From Escherichia coli (GTDB taxonomy: Bacteria > Pseudomonadota > Gammaproteobacteria > Enterobacterales > Enterobacteriaceae), in the NCBI RefSeq assembly GCF_048403405.1, contig NZ_CP183129.1: a stretch of DNA of 64,000 nucleotides; one strand, 5' to 3'. The translations under genes were made by a program, and so were the position numbers. Positions 50,834 to 62,613 of this stretch are shown here, piece by piece. Positions within the stretch are counted from its first letter, which is position 1; each line of letters starts with the position of its first letter. The notes beneath the pieces are model-generated. The model was not told where the DNA came from, ran no database searches, and worked only from the letters and a program-made list of their open reading frames with translations.

Positions 50834-51865
50834 ATGTCTGCATTTACCCCGGCAAGTGAAGTCTTGCTGCGTCACAGTGATGATTTCGAACAAAGCCGTA
50901 TTCTGTTTGCCGGAGACTTACAGGATGACCTGCCCGCGCGTTTAGATACCGCGGCCAGCCGTGCTCATACCCAGCAATTCCACCACTGGCAGGTATTAAG
51001 CCGCCAGATGGGGGATAACGCCCGTTTCAGTCTGGTCGCCACGGCGGATGATGTCGCAGATTGCAATACGCTGATTTACTACTGGCCGAAGAACAAACCG
51101 GAAGCCCAGTTCCAGTTGATGAATTTACTTTCTCTACTGCCGGTGGGCACGGATATTTTTGTCGTTGGCGAGAACCGCAGCGGCGTGCGCAGCGCCGAAC
51201 AGATGCTGGCAGATTATGCGCCGTTGAATAAAGTCGATAGCGCCCGTCGCTGTGGCCTCTATTTTGGTCGTCTGGAAAAACAACCGGAATTTGATGCCGA
51301 TAAATTCTGGGGCGAATACAGCGTCGATGGCCTGACAGTCAAAACGCTGCCTGGCGTGTTTAGCCGCGACGGTCTGGATGTCGGTAGCCAGTTGCTGCTC
51401 TCGACGTTAACTCCGCACACGAAAGGTAAAGTGCTGGATGTCGGCTGCGGCGCGGGCGTGCTTTCGGTTGCCTTTGCGCGCCATTCACCGAAAATTCGTC
51501 TCACTCTGTGCGATGTCTCTGCACCAGCGGTAGAAGCCAGCCGCGCAACACTTGCGGCCAACGGTGTTGAAGGTGAAGTCTTTGCCAGTAACGTCTTTTC
51601 CGAGGTGAAAGGTCGTTTTGATATGATCATCTCCAACCCGCCGTTCCACGATGGGATGCAAACCAGCCTCGATGCGGCGCAAACGCTGATTCGCGGCGCG
51701 GTGCGTCATCTTAATAGCGGCGGCGAGCTGCGAATTGTAGCGAACGCCTTCCTGCCTTACCCGGACGTGCTGGATGAGACATTTGGCTTCCACGAAGTGA
51801 TCGCGCAAACCGGGCGCTTCAAGGTGTATCGCGCCATTATGACCCGCCAGGCGAAGAAAGGTTGA
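50834..51865 (+). CDS. rsmC: 16S rRNA m2G1207 methyltransferase
   Basis: 343 aa with a SAM motif ([11 protein letters not shown]) and NPPFH. It is divergent from holD. Confidence 0.92.
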   Translation: MSAFTPASEVLLRHSDDFEQSRILFAGDLQDDLPARLDTAASRAHTQQFHHWQVLSRQMGDNARFSLVATADDVADCNTLIYYWPKNKPEAQFQLMNLLSLLPVGTDIFVVGENRSGVRSAEQMLADYAPLNKVDSARRCGLYFGRLEKQPEFDADKFWGEYSVDGLTVKTLPGVFSRDGLDVGSQLLLSTLTPHTKGKVLDVGCGAGVLSVAFARHSPKIRLTLCDVSAPAVEASRATLAANGVEGEVFASNVFSEVKGRFDMIISNPPFHDGMQTSLDAAQTLIRGAVRHLNSGGELRIVANAFLPYPDVLDETFGFHEVIAQTGRFKVYRAIMTRQAKKG

Positions 51866-51995
51866 GTATCTGATATCTGTCGCCGCATACCGTGTCGGAT
51901 GCGGCGTACACGCCTTCTCTGACCGACAAACGAATTATCCACAATCCGCTGATGGACATTTTTCCAGCAATTACACCTCCGGCGATAATTAACTA

Positions 51996-52023
51996 TTGAC
52001 GAAAAGCTGAAAACCACTAGAAT
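51996..52023 (+). promoter_or_regulatory. leuQPV promoter
   Basis: TTGACG, 16 nt, TAGAAT, followed by the GC-rich discriminator GCGCCTCC. It lies 40 nt upstream of the first tRNA. Confidence 0.7.
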
Positions 52024-52064
52024 GCGCCTCCGTGGTAGCAATTCTTTTTAAGAATTGATGGTAT

Positions 52065-52150
52065 GCGAAGGTGGCGGAATTGGTAGACGCGCTAGCTTCA
52101 GGTGTTAGTGTCCTTACGGACGTGGGGGTTCAAGTCCCCCCCTCGCACCA
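52065..52150 (+). tRNA. leuQ: tRNA-Leu (anticodon CAG), copy 1
   Basis: GCGAAGGTGGCGGAATTGGTAGACGCGCTAGCTTCAGGTGTTAG...GGGGGTTCAAGTCCCCC...TCGCACCA has a long variable arm. It is 86 nt with a 7-C run. The name is assigned by position next to rsmC. Confidence 0.9.
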
Positions 52151-52178
52151 AAAACCACGTTGATATTGCTCGCACTGG

Positions 52179-52264
52179 GCGAAGGTGGCGGAATTGGTAG
52201 ACGCGCTAGCTTCAGGTGTTAGTGTTCTTACGGACGTGGGGGTTCAAGTCCCCCCCTCGCACCA
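52179..52264 (+). tRNA. leuP: tRNA-Leu (CAG), copy 2
   Basis: Same sequence as copy 1 except for a C-to-T change in the variable arm (GTGTTCTTAC). 86 nt with a 7-C run. Confidence 0.9.
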
Positions 52265-52298
52265 AACGAGGCGATATCAAAAAAAGTAAGATGACTGT

Positions 52299-52385
52299 GC
52301 GAAGGTGGCGGAATTGGTAGACGCGCTAGCTTCAGGTGTTAGTGTCCTTACGGACGTGGGGGTTCAAGTCCCCCCCCTCGCACCA
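52299..52385 (+). tRNA. leuV: tRNA-Leu (CAG), copy 3
   Basis: 87 nt with an 8-C run. It matches the remembered canonical tRNA-Leu1 sequence. Confidence 0.9.
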
Positions 52386-52423
52386 ATTATCTTTACTTCC
52401 TTTCTTGTTTCTTCCCTGTTTTA

Positions 52424-52660
52424 TCATCCCTGATTCAAATTCATTAGCATCAGCATGATGCCAGCACTAAGCGCCAGGCACGATGGCAGCAAAACGTAAT
52501 GCCGCAACTGTTTGTGATACAACATCACCGGCGTCAATATTAATCCCATCAGAATGACAATCCGCCACTGATCCGGCGATAAATCCGCATACATCAGCCC
52601 TGCAATCAGCAATCCCGGCAGCAACACTCCCCAGCCACTGCCCAGCGTACGTTGCAACAT
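52424..52660 (-). CDS. yjjZ: Small membrane protein YjjZ
   Basis: The internal ATG at 52660 gives 78 aa. MLQRTLGSGWGVLLPGLLIAGLMYADLSPDQW.... Confidence 0.8.
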   Translation of the reverse strand: MLQRTLGSGWGVLLPGLLIAGLMYADLSPDQWRIVILMGLILTPVMLYHKQLRHYVLLPSCLALSAGIMLMLMNLNQG

Positions 52661-52675
52661 GGTTTCATCTCTTTC

Positions 52676-52783
52676 ATTGATAATGATAACTAATATCATA
52701 TGATAATTTTTATCATTTGCAAGCCAGAGAAATCCCTTGCTATCGGGTAAACCTATCGCTAGGATTAGCAATCATTATCATTT
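52676..52783. promoter_or_regulatory. Fur-box cluster in the yjjZ-fhuF divergent region
   Basis: Fur-consensus-like sequences are ATTGATAATGATAACTAATATC (52676-52697), ATGATAATTTTTATCATT (52700-52717) and GCAATCATTATCATTT (52768-52783). The consensus is GATAATGATAATCATTATC. Confidence 0.7.
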
Positions 52784-52800
52784 AGATTACTATCACGATT

Positions 52801-53589
52801 ATGGCCTATCGTTCCGCACCGCTCTATGAAGATGTTATCTGGCGAACGCATCTCCAGCCGCAGGATGCTGGGCTTGCACAAGCCGTACGGGCGACGATCG
52901 CCGAACATCGTGAACATTTGCTCGAGTTTATCCGCCTGGATGAACCCGCTCCGCTTAACGCCATGACGCTGGCGCAATGGTCATCACCGAATACGCTAAG
53001 TTCTCTACTGGCGGTCTATTCCGATCATATCTACCGCAACCAACCCTTGATGATCCGCGAGAACAAACCGCTGATCTCACTATGGGCGCAATGGTATATC
53101 GGCCTGATGGTGCCACCATTAATGTTGGCGCTGCTGACGCAGGAAAAAGCATTAGATGTGTCGCCGGAACATTTCCACGTTGAGTTTCACGAAACCGGAC
53201 GCGCCGCCTGTTTCTGGGTCGATGTGTGTGAAGATAAAAACGCAACACTACATTCGCCGCAGCAGCGAATGGAAACGTTAATCAGTCAGGCGCTTGTTCC
53301 GGTAGTGCAGGCATTAGAAGCAACGGGAGAGATCAACGGCAAACTTATCTGGAGCAATACCGGTTATTTGATCAACTGGTATCTGACTGAGATGAAACAG
53401 CTGCTCGGCGAGGCGACGGTTGAATCGCTGCGCCATGCCCTCTTTTTTGAGAAAATGCTCACGAACGGTGAAGATAATCCACTCTGGCGTACCGTGGTAC
53501 TGCGCGACGGCCTGCTGGTGCGCCGCACTTGCTGTCAGCGTTATCGCTTACCGGATGTGCAGCAATGTGGCGATTGTACGCTGAAATGA
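52801..53589 (+). CDS. fhuF: Ferric-siderophore reductase FhuF (2Fe-2S)
   Basis: 262 aa with the C-terminal motif CCQRYRLPDVQQCGDC. Confidence 0.92.
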   Translation: MAYRSAPLYEDVIWRTHLQPQDAGLAQAVRATIAEHREHLLEFIRLDEPAPLNAMTLAQWSSPNTLSSLLAVYSDHIYRNQPLMIRENKPLISLWAQWYIGLMVPPLMLALLTQEKALDVSPEHFHVEFHETGRAACFWVDVCEDKNATLHSPQQRMETLISQALVPVVQALEATGEINGKLIWSNTGYLINWYLTEMKQLLGEATVESLRHALFFEKMLTNGEDNPLWRTVVLRDGLLVRRTCCQRYRLPDVQQCGDCTLK

Positions 53590-53626
53590 AAGCACTGCCG
53601 GGGAAGTAAACCCGGCATCATGCGGA

Positions 53627-54304
53627 TTAATAGGGATGCAACACATTACTTGCTTCGCAATGCCGCATACATAACAGAATATCTGCGGCCTCCAACAACC
53701 CTGCATCAGAACTGACGCCCAGTTTCGACATCACATTAAATTTATGTGCACGGATCGTTTTGATATTGCGTTTAAGCTGCTCGGCAATTTGTGTCATTGA
53801 GTAGCCACGCGACATAAAGCGCAATATTTCTCTCTCCGTCGGGCTTAGCGTTCGGCTTTGATTAATGTACCACTGATTGTTCAGTCGGTCGGTCGCCTGA
53901 CGTACACCATTTAATGACAAAAAGAGTTCCTGATGAAAAATCTCCAGCGTTGACGCTTTACTTAATACACCGTCCAACGGTGATGGCGACAAAGAACCAA
54001 TCAGCCGAGCTTCAATATCATCATCCGCAATAACTAAACGCCGGGTACGCGGAAACTTAATCGCCAGTTCAGTCAGGCAAGATAATCCCTCTCTGCGCTC
54101 ACTTCTCATGGCAGAAAAAGAAAAAATGACCGCCGCAAACGAGATCCGCGACATGGCATCCTGAAATGACTCCTGACTGGTATAGGTATGGAGCTTATAA
54201 GGGTTACCCGCAAACTTTCTGAATAAACTCTCAATACCGATACTACTCATGACGCATTTTTCTATGAGTGCGACATTTCTCTTCTTAATTCGGCTGTGTT
54301 CCAT
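53627..54304 (-). CDS. bglJ: LuxR-family transcriptional activator BglJ
   Basis: 225 aa with a C-terminal LuxR HTH ([25 protein letters not shown]). It overlaps yjjQ. Confidence 0.9.
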
Positions 54305-54987
54305 TCTGCGGCATCTCCATAAACAGAAGGCAAGTTAAGTTCTCTTGCACCCTGCGCGCTATTTATCCATGCATACATTTCAGCGTTGCTGTGAATTGCC
54401 AGTCGACGCATCGCACTGTTTTTTTGGGCGCTGATAGTTTTATTACTTTTCTTAAGCAATGAAGCTATCTGGTTGATGCCCCATCCTTTACCTAATAGCC
54501 GCAGTACCTTGCGCTCTGAAAGAGTGAGAATGACGGAGCGATAGCTAAAATCATGAGTTTCAGTCATTGCCGGAGAGGTCAGCATGGCGCTGATACGCTC
54601 TGCGTGCGTATTGCCGGAACGTACGGTCTTGACCAGATTCTCAATGGGTTCAACATCAGACAATAACGTCGCCGTAGGGCACATGAGCAATTCTACTGCC
54701 TGGGAATACCAGGAGCGTGACACCATGAAAACCCAGTGAATTTCCCGATATTGCGAGATTAAAGAATAATAATGTTCACAAACAGAACGTGGATCTTCAC
54801 TTTCACCGGCTAAATCAGCAATGACTAATCCGGAACGACGTAATTGTAATAAGGTAAGGTCCTCCGCAGAGGCGCTGGATATTATTTCATATTCAGGGAA
54901 GTGAGTCCTCATGACCTCTTTTAACCCTGCTTGCATAACAGGTATTTTACTGATAACAATTCCATTTTTGCAGCATCCTGGCAACAT
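54262..54987 (-). CDS. yjjQ: LuxR-family regulator YjjQ
   Basis: 241 aa with a C-terminal LuxR HTH ([23 protein letters not shown]). Confidence 0.9.
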
Positions 54988-55605
54988 ATTTCCTCCACAT
55001 CCACTGTCTAAAAATCATGATGGTTTATTCAGGATATTCATTCCTTAAATGTTTCCAGCAAATTAATAGATTAAGCGAATAAATTATCCTTAGCATTCAC
55101 TTTCATATCAGCATACTCCTGCTGCACAACAACTCCACTGCATGTGTCAGAAGGTTAGCATCAAATGATAACCTGGTGAAATAGCCTGGAGACATTTAAA
55201 ATATCTACATTAAGTTGTTAGAAATACTTAATGAAAAACAGAATTCTCATTCATTTAATTTATAATTAACTGATATCCCTTCCTGCAGAATACAAAATCA
55301 CACAATCAATATTTATTCAATAAAATCTGATAGTTTTAACTTGTAAAAATTAAAAAACGCGCCCAGTTATCTTTTATCCTGATTCGTAAAGGCTAAACAA
55401 TAAATTCATTATAGTGATAATATTCATGTGATAATTTGTTTGCGACGAGAGATAATTCGCTTTTTATCACCGAGCTTCTCCTGATAACCAGGATTAATCA
55501 GCGCAATTTTGATCTTAACCTACCGCAAAACAACCGTGCTTCATGATACAAATGGATTCTCATTATCTGAACAATACGCAGCACGTCTATGACAAAGGGC
55601 GAGTT

Positions 55606-56376
55606 ATGCAAACTGAGCAACAGCGAGCCGTAACACGGCTTTGTATCCAGTGTGGATTATTTCTTTTGCAACATGGTGCGGAAAGCGCGTTGGTTGATGA
55701 GCTTTCCTCACGACTGGGTCGGGCGTTGGGAATGGACAGCGTCGAAAGTTCTATCTCTTCGAACGCCATAGTGCTGACAACCATCAAAGATGGGCAATGC
55801 CTGACATCGACACGAAAAAATCACGATCGCGGCATTAATATGCATGTGGTGACTGAAGTCCAGCACATTGTGATTCTGGCGGAGCATCATCTGCTGGATT
55901 ACAAAGGTGTAGAGAAACGATTTAGCCAAATTCAGCCATTACGTTACCCGAGATGGCTGGTAGCCTTAATGGTCGGCCTTTCTTGCGCCTGTTTCTGTAA
56001 ACTCAATAAAGGTGGCTGGGATGGTGCCGTCATCACCTTCTTTGCCAGTACGGTCGCGATGTATATCCGCCAGCTGCTGGCACAACGTCATCTTCATCCA
56101 CAGATCAACTTTTGCCTCACCGCTTTCGCCGCCACCACCATTTCCGGTTTGCTTTTGCAACTTCCCACTTTCAGCAATACACCCACTATCGCGATGGCCG
56201 CCAGCGTTCTGCTGCTGGTGCCGGGTTTTCCGTTGATTAATGCCGTCGCCGATATGTTTAAAGGCCACATCAATACCGGACTGGCACGCTGGGCGATCGC
56301 CAGTCTGCTGACACTGGCTACCTGCGTCGGCGTAGTAATGGCACTGACGATTTGGGGGCTACGCGGATGGGTGTGA
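55606..56376 (+). CDS. yjjP: Inner-membrane protein YjjP (YjjPB exporter subunit)
   Basis: The internal ATG ([21 protein letters not shown]...) gives 256 aa as in K-12. Confidence 0.88.
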
Positions 56377-56840
56377 TCGAATTTCTGTTAGCGTTGGCGC
56401 AGGATATGATCCTCGCCGCCATTCCTGCGGTCGGCTTTGCGATGGTGTTCAACGTTCCCGTGCGGGCGTTACGCTGGTGTGCGCTGCTTGGCTCGATAGG
56501 TCATGGTTCCCGAATGATCTTAATGACCAGCGGGCTGAATATTGAGTGGTCAACTTTTATGGCTTCTATGCTGGTCGGCACCATTGGTATTCAATGGTCG
56601 CGCTGGTATCTGGCGCATCCGAAAGTGTTTACCGTGGCGGCTGTTATTCCTATGTTCCCTGGCATATCGGCTTATACCGCAATGATTTCGGCGGTAAAAA
56701 TCAGCCAGCTAGGTTACAGCGAACCGTTGATGATTACCCTGTTAACCAACTTTCTTACAGCTTCATCAATTGTTGGTGCGTTATCCATCGGTCTTTCCAT
56801 TCCTGGATTATGGTTGTACCGCAAGCGCCCTCGCGTATAA
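56367..56840 (+). CDS. yjjB: Inner-membrane protein YjjB
   Basis: [28 protein letters not shown]..., 157 aa. It overlaps the yjjP end. Confidence 0.88.
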
Positions 56841-56946
56841 AATTGCCTCGCTTAAGCACACGGATGAGAGACAGCCTCCTCTCCTCCGTGTGTTACTATA
56901 AAAGTTATCTCCCTTCTCGTTCATCGTTCCATATTTGAGAAACAGT

Positions 56947-57486
56947 ATGTCTTCCAGAGTTTTGACCCCGGACGTCGTTGGTATTGACGCCCTGGTACAC
57001 GATCACCAAACCGTTCTGGCAAAAGCTGAAGGCGGTGTGGTTGCCGTATTTGCTAACAATGCCCCGGCGTTTTATGCCGTCACGCCTGCACGCCTGGCTG
57101 AACTGCTAGCGCTGGAAGAAAAGCTGGCGCGTCCGGGAAGCGATGTCGCTCTGGACGATCAACTCTATCAGGAACCGCAAGTTGCTCCCGTTGCTGTACC
57201 CATGGGGAAATTCGCCATGTATCCGGACTGGCAACCCGATGCCGACTTTATCCGCCTGGCGGCGCTATGGGGCGTGGCACTAAGAGAGCCGGTGACCACC
57301 GAAGAACTGGCCTCATTCATTGCCTACTGGCAGGCGGAAGGTAAAGTCTTTCACCATGTGCAGTGGCAACAAAAACTGGCGCGCAGCCTGCAAATCGGTC
57401 GTGCCAGCAACGGCGGACTGCCGAAACGAGATGTGAATACGGTCAGTGAACCTGACAGCCAAATTCCACCAGGATTCAGAGGGTAA
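56947..57486 (+). CDS. dnaT: Primosomal protein DnaT
   Basis: [30 protein letters not shown]..., 179 aa. It ends ...[13 protein letters not shown], 2 nt before dnaC. Confidence 0.92.
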   Translation: MSSRVLTPDVVGIDALVHDHQTVLAKAEGGVVAVFANNAPAFYAVTPARLAELLALEEKLARPGSDVALDDQLYQEPQVAPVAVPMGKFAMYPDWQPDADFIRLAALWGVALREPVTTEELASFIAYWQAEGKVFHHVQWQQKLARSLQIGRASNGGLPKRDVNTVSEPDSQIPPGFRG

Positions 57487-57488
57487 CG

Positions 57489-58226
57489 ATGAAAAACGTT
57501 GGCGACCTGATGCAACGCCTGCAAAAAATGATGCCTGCCCATATCAAACCTGCGTTCAAAACGGGTGAAGAACTACTGGCCTGGCAGAAAGAACAAGGGG
57601 CGATCCGCTCCGCCGCTCTCGAACGTGAAAATCGGGCGATGAAAATGCAGCGCACCTTTAACCGCTCCGGTATTCGTCCACTGCATCAGAACTGCTCCTT
57701 TGAGAACTATCGCGTTGAGTGTGAAGGGCAGATGAATGCGTTAAGCAAAGCGCGCCAGTATGTCGAAGAGTTTGACGGCAACATCGCCAGCTTCATCTTT
57801 TCTGGTAAGCCAGGAACCGGCAAAAACCATCTGGCGGCGGCAATCTGCAACGAGCTGCTGCTACGCGGTAAATCCGTATTGATTATCACCGTGGCCGATA
57901 TTATGTCGGCGATGAAAGATACCTTCAGGAATAGCGGTACCAGCGAAGAACAACTGCTTAACGATCTGAGCAATGTTGATCTGCTGGTGATCGATGAGAT
58001 CGGCGTGCAAACCGAATCGAAATACGAAAAAGTGATCATCAACCAGATCGTCGATCGCCGCTCTTCTTCCAAACGCCCAACCGGGATGCTGACCAACAGT
58101 AATATGGAAGAGATGACCAAGTTGCTGGGCGAACGCGTGATGGACCGTATGCGCCTGGGTAACAGTTTGTGGGTGATCTTCAACTGGGATAGCTACCGTA
58201 GCCGGGTAACGGGTAAAGAGTATTAA
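57489..58226 (+). CDS. dnaC: Replicative helicase loader DnaC
   Basis: 245 aa with a Walker A motif (GKPGTGKNHL). Confidence 0.93.
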   Translation: MKNVGDLMQRLQKMMPAHIKPAFKTGEELLAWQKEQGAIRSAALERENRAMKMQRTFNRSGIRPLHQNCSFENYRVECEGQMNALSKARQYVEEFDGNIASFIFSGKPGTGKNHLAAAICNELLLRGKSVLIITVADIMSAMKDTFRNSGTSEEQLLNDLSNVDLLVIDEIGVQTESKYEKVIINQIVDRRSSSKRPTGMLTNSNMEEMTKLLGERVMDRMRLGNSLWVIFNWDSYRSRVTGKEY

Positions 58227-58271
58227 TCCCCGTTTCTGGCGGTATACTGCGACACAATTCCACCTTGAGTA

Positions 58272-58769
58272 ATGATGATGAAAACTGTTAAACATCTTCT
58301 GTGCTGTGCCATTGCCGCCAGCGCATTAATTTCCACCGGGGTGCATGCTGCGTCCTGGAAAGATGCGCTCTCCAGCGCCGCCAGCGAACTTGGCAACCAA
58401 AACAGCACGACACAGGAAGGCGGTTGGTCGCTCGCGTCATTAACTAACTTGCTTAGCAGCGGAAACCAGGCCTTAAGCGCAGATAACATGAACAATGCCG
58501 CAGGCATTCTGCAATACTGCGCGAAGCAAAAGCTGGCTTCGGTAACCGATGCCGAAAACATCAAGAATCAGGTACTGGAAAAACTGGGCCTGAACAGTGA
58601 AGAGCAAAAAGAAGACACCAACTATCTGGATGGCATTCAGGGTTTGCTGAAAACTAAAGATGGTCAGCAACTCAATCTGGATAATATCGGAACGACTCCG
58701 CTGGCAGAAAAGGTGAAAACCAAAGCCTGCGATCTGGTGTTAAAGCAGGGGCTGAACTTCATTTCCTGA
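58272..58769 (+). CDS. yjjA: Secreted protein of unknown function YjjA
   Basis: 165-aa ORF with a signal peptide (KHLLCCAIAASALISTGVHA). The first of three Met codons is taken as the start. Confidence 0.8.
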   Translation: MMMKTVKHLLCCAIAASALISTGVHAASWKDALSSAASELGNQNSTTQEGGWSLASLTNLLSSGNQALSADNMNNAAGILQYCAKQKLASVTDAENIKNQVLEKLGLNSEEQKEDTNYLDGIQGLLKTKDGQQLNLDNIGTTPLAEKVKTKACDLVLKQGLNFIS

Positions 58770-59022
58770 ACCGCGAAACGCCGCGTTTTAGCTGTTACCC
58801 GGCTGACGCGGCTCTCTCCTGCCCTTTTCCCTGCTCCTGGACGGTTTTCCCCCTGTTACACGGGAAGCGACCGTAATCAAAAAAGTCTGTTTATAAACTA
58901 ATTCCTAACAACATCGCATTTTTTTGACACTAGAATTGCAGCAATATGGCGACGCCATTACATTGTGCTTCTCAAAAAGCTTAAACGTTGGCTAAACGGC
59001 CCGGTTTAGTGAGGATCGCCCG

Positions 59023-61314
59023 TTGTCAGAACTACTCTCTTTCGCCCTTTTTCTCGCCTCTGTGCTGATTTACGCATGGAAAGCGGGACGTAACACCTGG
59101 TGGTTTGCAGCCACATTAACGGTACTGGGGCTATTTGTCGTTTTAAATATCACCCTGTTTGCCAGCGACTATTTTACTGGCGATGGTATTAACGACGCGG
59201 TTCTCTATACCTTAACCAACAGCCTGACCGGTGCTGGTGTCAGTAAATACATCCTGCCTGGTATCGGCATTGTGCTGGGGCTGACGGCGGTGTTCGGTGC
59301 GCTGGGCTGGATCCTGCGCCGTCGTCGCCATCATCCGCACCATTTTGGTTACAGCCTGCTGGCACTCTTACTGGCGCTGGGCTCAGTGGATGCCAGCCCG
59401 GCATTTCGTCAGATAACGGAACTGGTGAAATCCCAGTCACGCGACGGCGACCCGGACTTTGCGGCTTATTATAAAGAGCCGTCGAAAACTATCCCTGACC
59501 CGAAACTCAACCTGGTTTATATCTACGGCGAAAGTCTCGAGCGGACCTATTTTGATAACGAGGCTTTCCCGGATCTCACGCCTGAACTGGGCGCGTTGAA
59601 AAATGAAGGCCTGGATTTCAGCCACACGCAGCAGCTGCCGGGAACAGATTACACGATTGCGGGCATGGTGGCTTCTCAGTGTGGCATTCCGCTTTTTGCC
59701 CCCTTTGAAGGCAACGCCTCCGCTTCTGTCTCCAGCTTCTTCCCGCAGAACATCTGTCTGGGCGATATCCTGAAAAACTCGGGTTATCAGAACTATTTCG
59801 TGCAGGGCGCGAATCTGCGTTTTGCCGGTAAAGATGTGTTCCTGAAGTCGCATGGCTTCGACCACTTATACGGCTCAGAAGAGCTGAAAAGCGTGGTGGC
59901 CGACCCGCACTATCGCAACGACTGGGGATTCTACGACGATACCGTTCTCGATGAAGCGTGGAAAAAGTTTGAAGAGCTTTCCCGCTCAGGTCAGCGATTC
60001 TCACTGTTTACCCTGACAGTCGATACCCATCACCCGGATGGTTTTATCTCGCGTACCTGTAACCGCAAAAAATATGATTTTGACGGTAAGCCGAATCAGT
60101 CATTCAGCGCGGTAAGTTGCAGCCAGGAGAATATCGCGACGTTTATCAACAAAATCAAAGCGTCACCGTGGTTTAAAGATACTGTTATCGTCGTCTCTTC
60201 TGACCATTTAGCGATGAACAACACGGCGTGGAAATACCTTAATAAGCAGGATCGCAATAACCTGTTTTTTGTCATCCGTGGCGACAAGCCGCAGCAAGAG
60301 ACGCTGGCAGTGAAGCGTAACACGATGGATAACGGCGCGACGGTGCTGGACATTCTCGGTGGCGATAACTATCTCGGACTTGGTCGTAGCAGTTTATCCG
60401 GGCAGTCGATGTCGGAAATCTTCCTCAATATCAAAGAGAAAACATTGGCGTGGAAGCCGGATATCATCCGCCTGTGGAAATTCCCTAAAGAGATGAAAGA
60501 GTTCACCATCGACCAGCAGAAAAACATGATTGCCTTCTCGGGTAGCCATTTCCGTTTGCCGCTGCTGTTGCGGGTTTCAGACAAACGCGTGGAACCGCTG
60601 CCGGAAAGTGAATACTCAGCACCGCTGCGTTTCCAGCTGGCCGATTTCGCTCCACGCGACAATTTCGTCTGGGTTGACCGTTGCTACAAGATGGCACAAC
60701 TTTGGGCTCCGGAACTGGCACTCTCCACCGACTGGTGTGTCTCGCAAGGGCAGCTTGGCGGTCAGCAAATTGTCCAGCATGTTGACAAAACAACATGGAA
60801 GGGCAAAACGGCATTTAAAGATACGGTCATCGACATGGCGCGTTACAAAGGCAATGTCGATACGCTGAAGATTGTTGATAACGATATTCGCTACAAAGCC
60901 GACAGTTTCATCTTTAACGTCGCTGGTGCGCCAGAAGAGGTGAAACAGTTTAGCGGGATTTCTCGTCCAGAGTCGTGGGGCCGCTGGTCCAACGCACAGC
61001 TGGGCGATGAAGTAAAAATCGAGTACAAGCATCCGCTGCCGAAGAAATTTGACCTGGTGATTACCGCCAAAGCATACGGCAATAACGCCAGCCGTCCTAT
61101 TCCGGTACGCGTAGGCAATGAAGAACAAACCCTTGTGCTGGGCAATGAAGTGACCACCACCACACTGCATTTCGATAACCCAACCGATGCAGACACACTG
61201 GTAATTGTGCCGCCGGAACCTGTCTCAACCAACGAAGGGAATATCCTCGGACACTCGCCGCGTAAGCTCGGGATCGGCATGGTGGAAATTAAAGTGGTAG
61301 AACGTGAAGGGTAA
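59023..61314 (+). CDS. opgB: Phosphoglycerol transferase I (OPG biosynthesis)
   Basis: 763 aa with a TTG start, N-terminal TM helices and a sulfatase-like domain. Confidence 0.92.
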   Translation: MSELLSFALFLASVLIYAWKAGRNTWWFAATLTVLGLFVVLNITLFASDYFTGDGINDAVLYTLTNSLTGAGVSKYILPGIGIVLGLTAVFGALGWILRRRRHHPHHFGYSLLALLLALGSVDASPAFRQITELVKSQSRDGDPDFAAYYKEPSKTIPDPKLNLVYIYGESLERTYFDNEAFPDLTPELGALKNEGLDFSHTQQLPGTDYTIAGMVASQCGIPLFAPFEGNASASVSSFFPQNICLGDILKNSGYQNYFVQGANLRFAGKDVFLKSHGFDHLYGSEELKSVVADPHYRNDWGFYDDTVLDEAWKKFEELSRSGQRFSLFTLTVDTHHPDGFISRTCNRKKYDFDGKPNQSFSAVSCSQENIATFINKIKASPWFKDTVIVVSSDHLAMNNTAWKYLNKQDRNNLFFVIRGDKPQQETLAVKRNTMDNGATVLDILGGDNYLGLGRSSLSGQSMSEIFLNIKEKTLAWKPDIIRLWKFPKEMKEFTIDQQKNMIAFSGSHFRLPLLLRVSDKRVEPLPESEYSAPLRFQLADFAPRDNFVWVDRCYKMAQLWAPELALSTDWCVSQGQLGGQQIVQHVDKTTWKGKTAFKDTVIDMARYKGNVDTLKIVDNDIRYKADSFIFNVAGAPEEVKQFSGISRPESWGRWSNAQLGDEVKIEYKHPLPKKFDLVITAKAYGNNASRPIPVRVGNEEQTLVLGNEVTTTTLHFDNPTDADTLVIVPPEPVSTNEGNILGHSPRKLGIGMVEIKVVEREG

Positions 61315-61326
61315 TTCCTGACTGAT

Positions 61327-61375
61327 GTGTAGGTCGCATAAGGTGCGACCTACACACCTTCTCCGGCCTACAAAA
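61327..61375. repeat. REP-like palindromic element / convergent terminator between opgB and lgoD
   Basis: GTGTAGGTCGCAtaagGTGCGACCTACAC is followed by ...CCGGCCTACA. Confidence 0.5.
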
Positions 61376-61452
61376 CATCATTGAGAAACAGAAAAAAACA
61401 GCGCCCAACACTTCCCCGGACGCTGCATGGCAACTTTAATAATCTCGCCTTA

Positions 61453-62475
61453 TCAGAAAGTAATTACACCCTTAATCAACTCACGATTGTTAATCACATC
61501 GCGCTCGTAGGTTTCTGCCAGCGTGGCGAACGGATAGCGATGGGTTAACATCATGTCGGCAGTGATTTTCCCTTCCGCCATCAGTCGACCGACTTTAGCG
61601 AAATCTTCCGGCGTGGCGTTGCGGCTGCCCATCATCGTCGTTTCTTTTTTATGGAATTCCGGATCGGAGAACTGCAACTCACCTTTAAACAGGCCGACAA
61701 ATACCACCGTGCCGCCGTGACGAATCAGATTCACGGTGTTATTCATCGCATGTTGATTACCTGTCGCGTCGATCACTTTCTGCGCCAGAGAACCACCAAA
61801 CTGCGCCCGCAGCTGCGCGTCAAAATCTTCGGCTGACGGGTCCAGTACAGGTAATTCCAGACGTGTTGCCACATGTTCACGGCGCGCCGGACTGGTATCC
61901 GCCACCACCACCTGTGCGCCATCGGCTTTAGCGATTGCCGCCGCGCCCAGACCGATTGGCCCCGCCCCGACCACCAGCACCTGCTCGCCGGGAGCAATGG
62001 CTGCGCGACGCACCGCATGAGCGCTAATAGCGAAAGGTTCAATCAATGCTGCCGCCTGCGGGTCAATACCATCTGCGGGCAAAATGTTCGCCACCGGCAC
62101 GCTCAAATACTCACTAAAACCGCCATCCTGATGCACGCCAATGACTGAAATTTTTTCACAGCAATTGGTACGCCCGCTTTTACACGCCGGGCATTGCTGA
62201 CAGGCAACATAAGGGATCACCGCTACTTGCTGTCCATTTTTAAGATTTGCAATATTTTTACCCAGCCCAACAATCTCCCCACATATTTCATGGCCTAAAA
62301 CGCGTGGATAACTAAAAAATGGTTGATTTCCACCCCAGGCATGAATATCGGTACCGCAAATCCCGACAGACTTAATTTTTATTAATGCTTCATTGTCACC
62401 CGGAATAGGTATCTCGCGTTGTTTCCAGACTAATTCTTTCGGCTGCTGGCAAATTAAAACATTCATCGTAGACAT
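61453..62475 (-). CDS. lgoD: L-galactonate-5-dehydrogenase (Zn-dependent MDR family)
   Basis: The internal ATG (MSTMNVLICQQPKELVWKQ...) gives 340 aa. It has GHE and GxGxxG motifs. Confidence 0.88.
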   Translation of the reverse strand: MSTMNVLICQQPKELVWKQREIPIPGDNEALIKIKSVGICGTDIHAWGGNQPFFSYPRVLGHEICGEIVGLGKNIANLKNGQQVAVIPYVACQQCPACKSGRTNCCEKISVIGVHQDGGFSEYLSVPVANILPADGIDPQAAALIEPFAISAHAVRRAAIAPGEQVLVVGAGPIGLGAAAIAKADGAQVVVADTSPARREHVATRLELPVLDPSAEDFDAQLRAQFGGSLAQKVIDATGNQHAMNNTVNLIRHGGTVVFVGLFKGELQFSDPEFHKKETTMMGSRNATPEDFAKVGRLMAEGKITADMMLTHRYPFATLAETYERDVINNRELIKGVITF

Positions 62476-62613
62476 GATTCGGCTCTCCATTTTTTGTTGC
62501 CTTAGATATCAATGAAAATGAAAAATGGCAGCGGAACGGAAAATCTGTTTTGTGAAAACACACGCATAAAAATGTTTTAAATCGGGTTTTAATGGACTCA
62601 CAAGGAGGAAAAT

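Noticed and set aside
52065-52385. Three regularly spaced ~86-nt direct repeats that look array-like
   Set aside because: They fold as tRNA-Leu(CAG) genes (cloverleaf, CAG anticodon, CCA end) behind a stringent-type promoter. This is not a CRISPR or satellite array.
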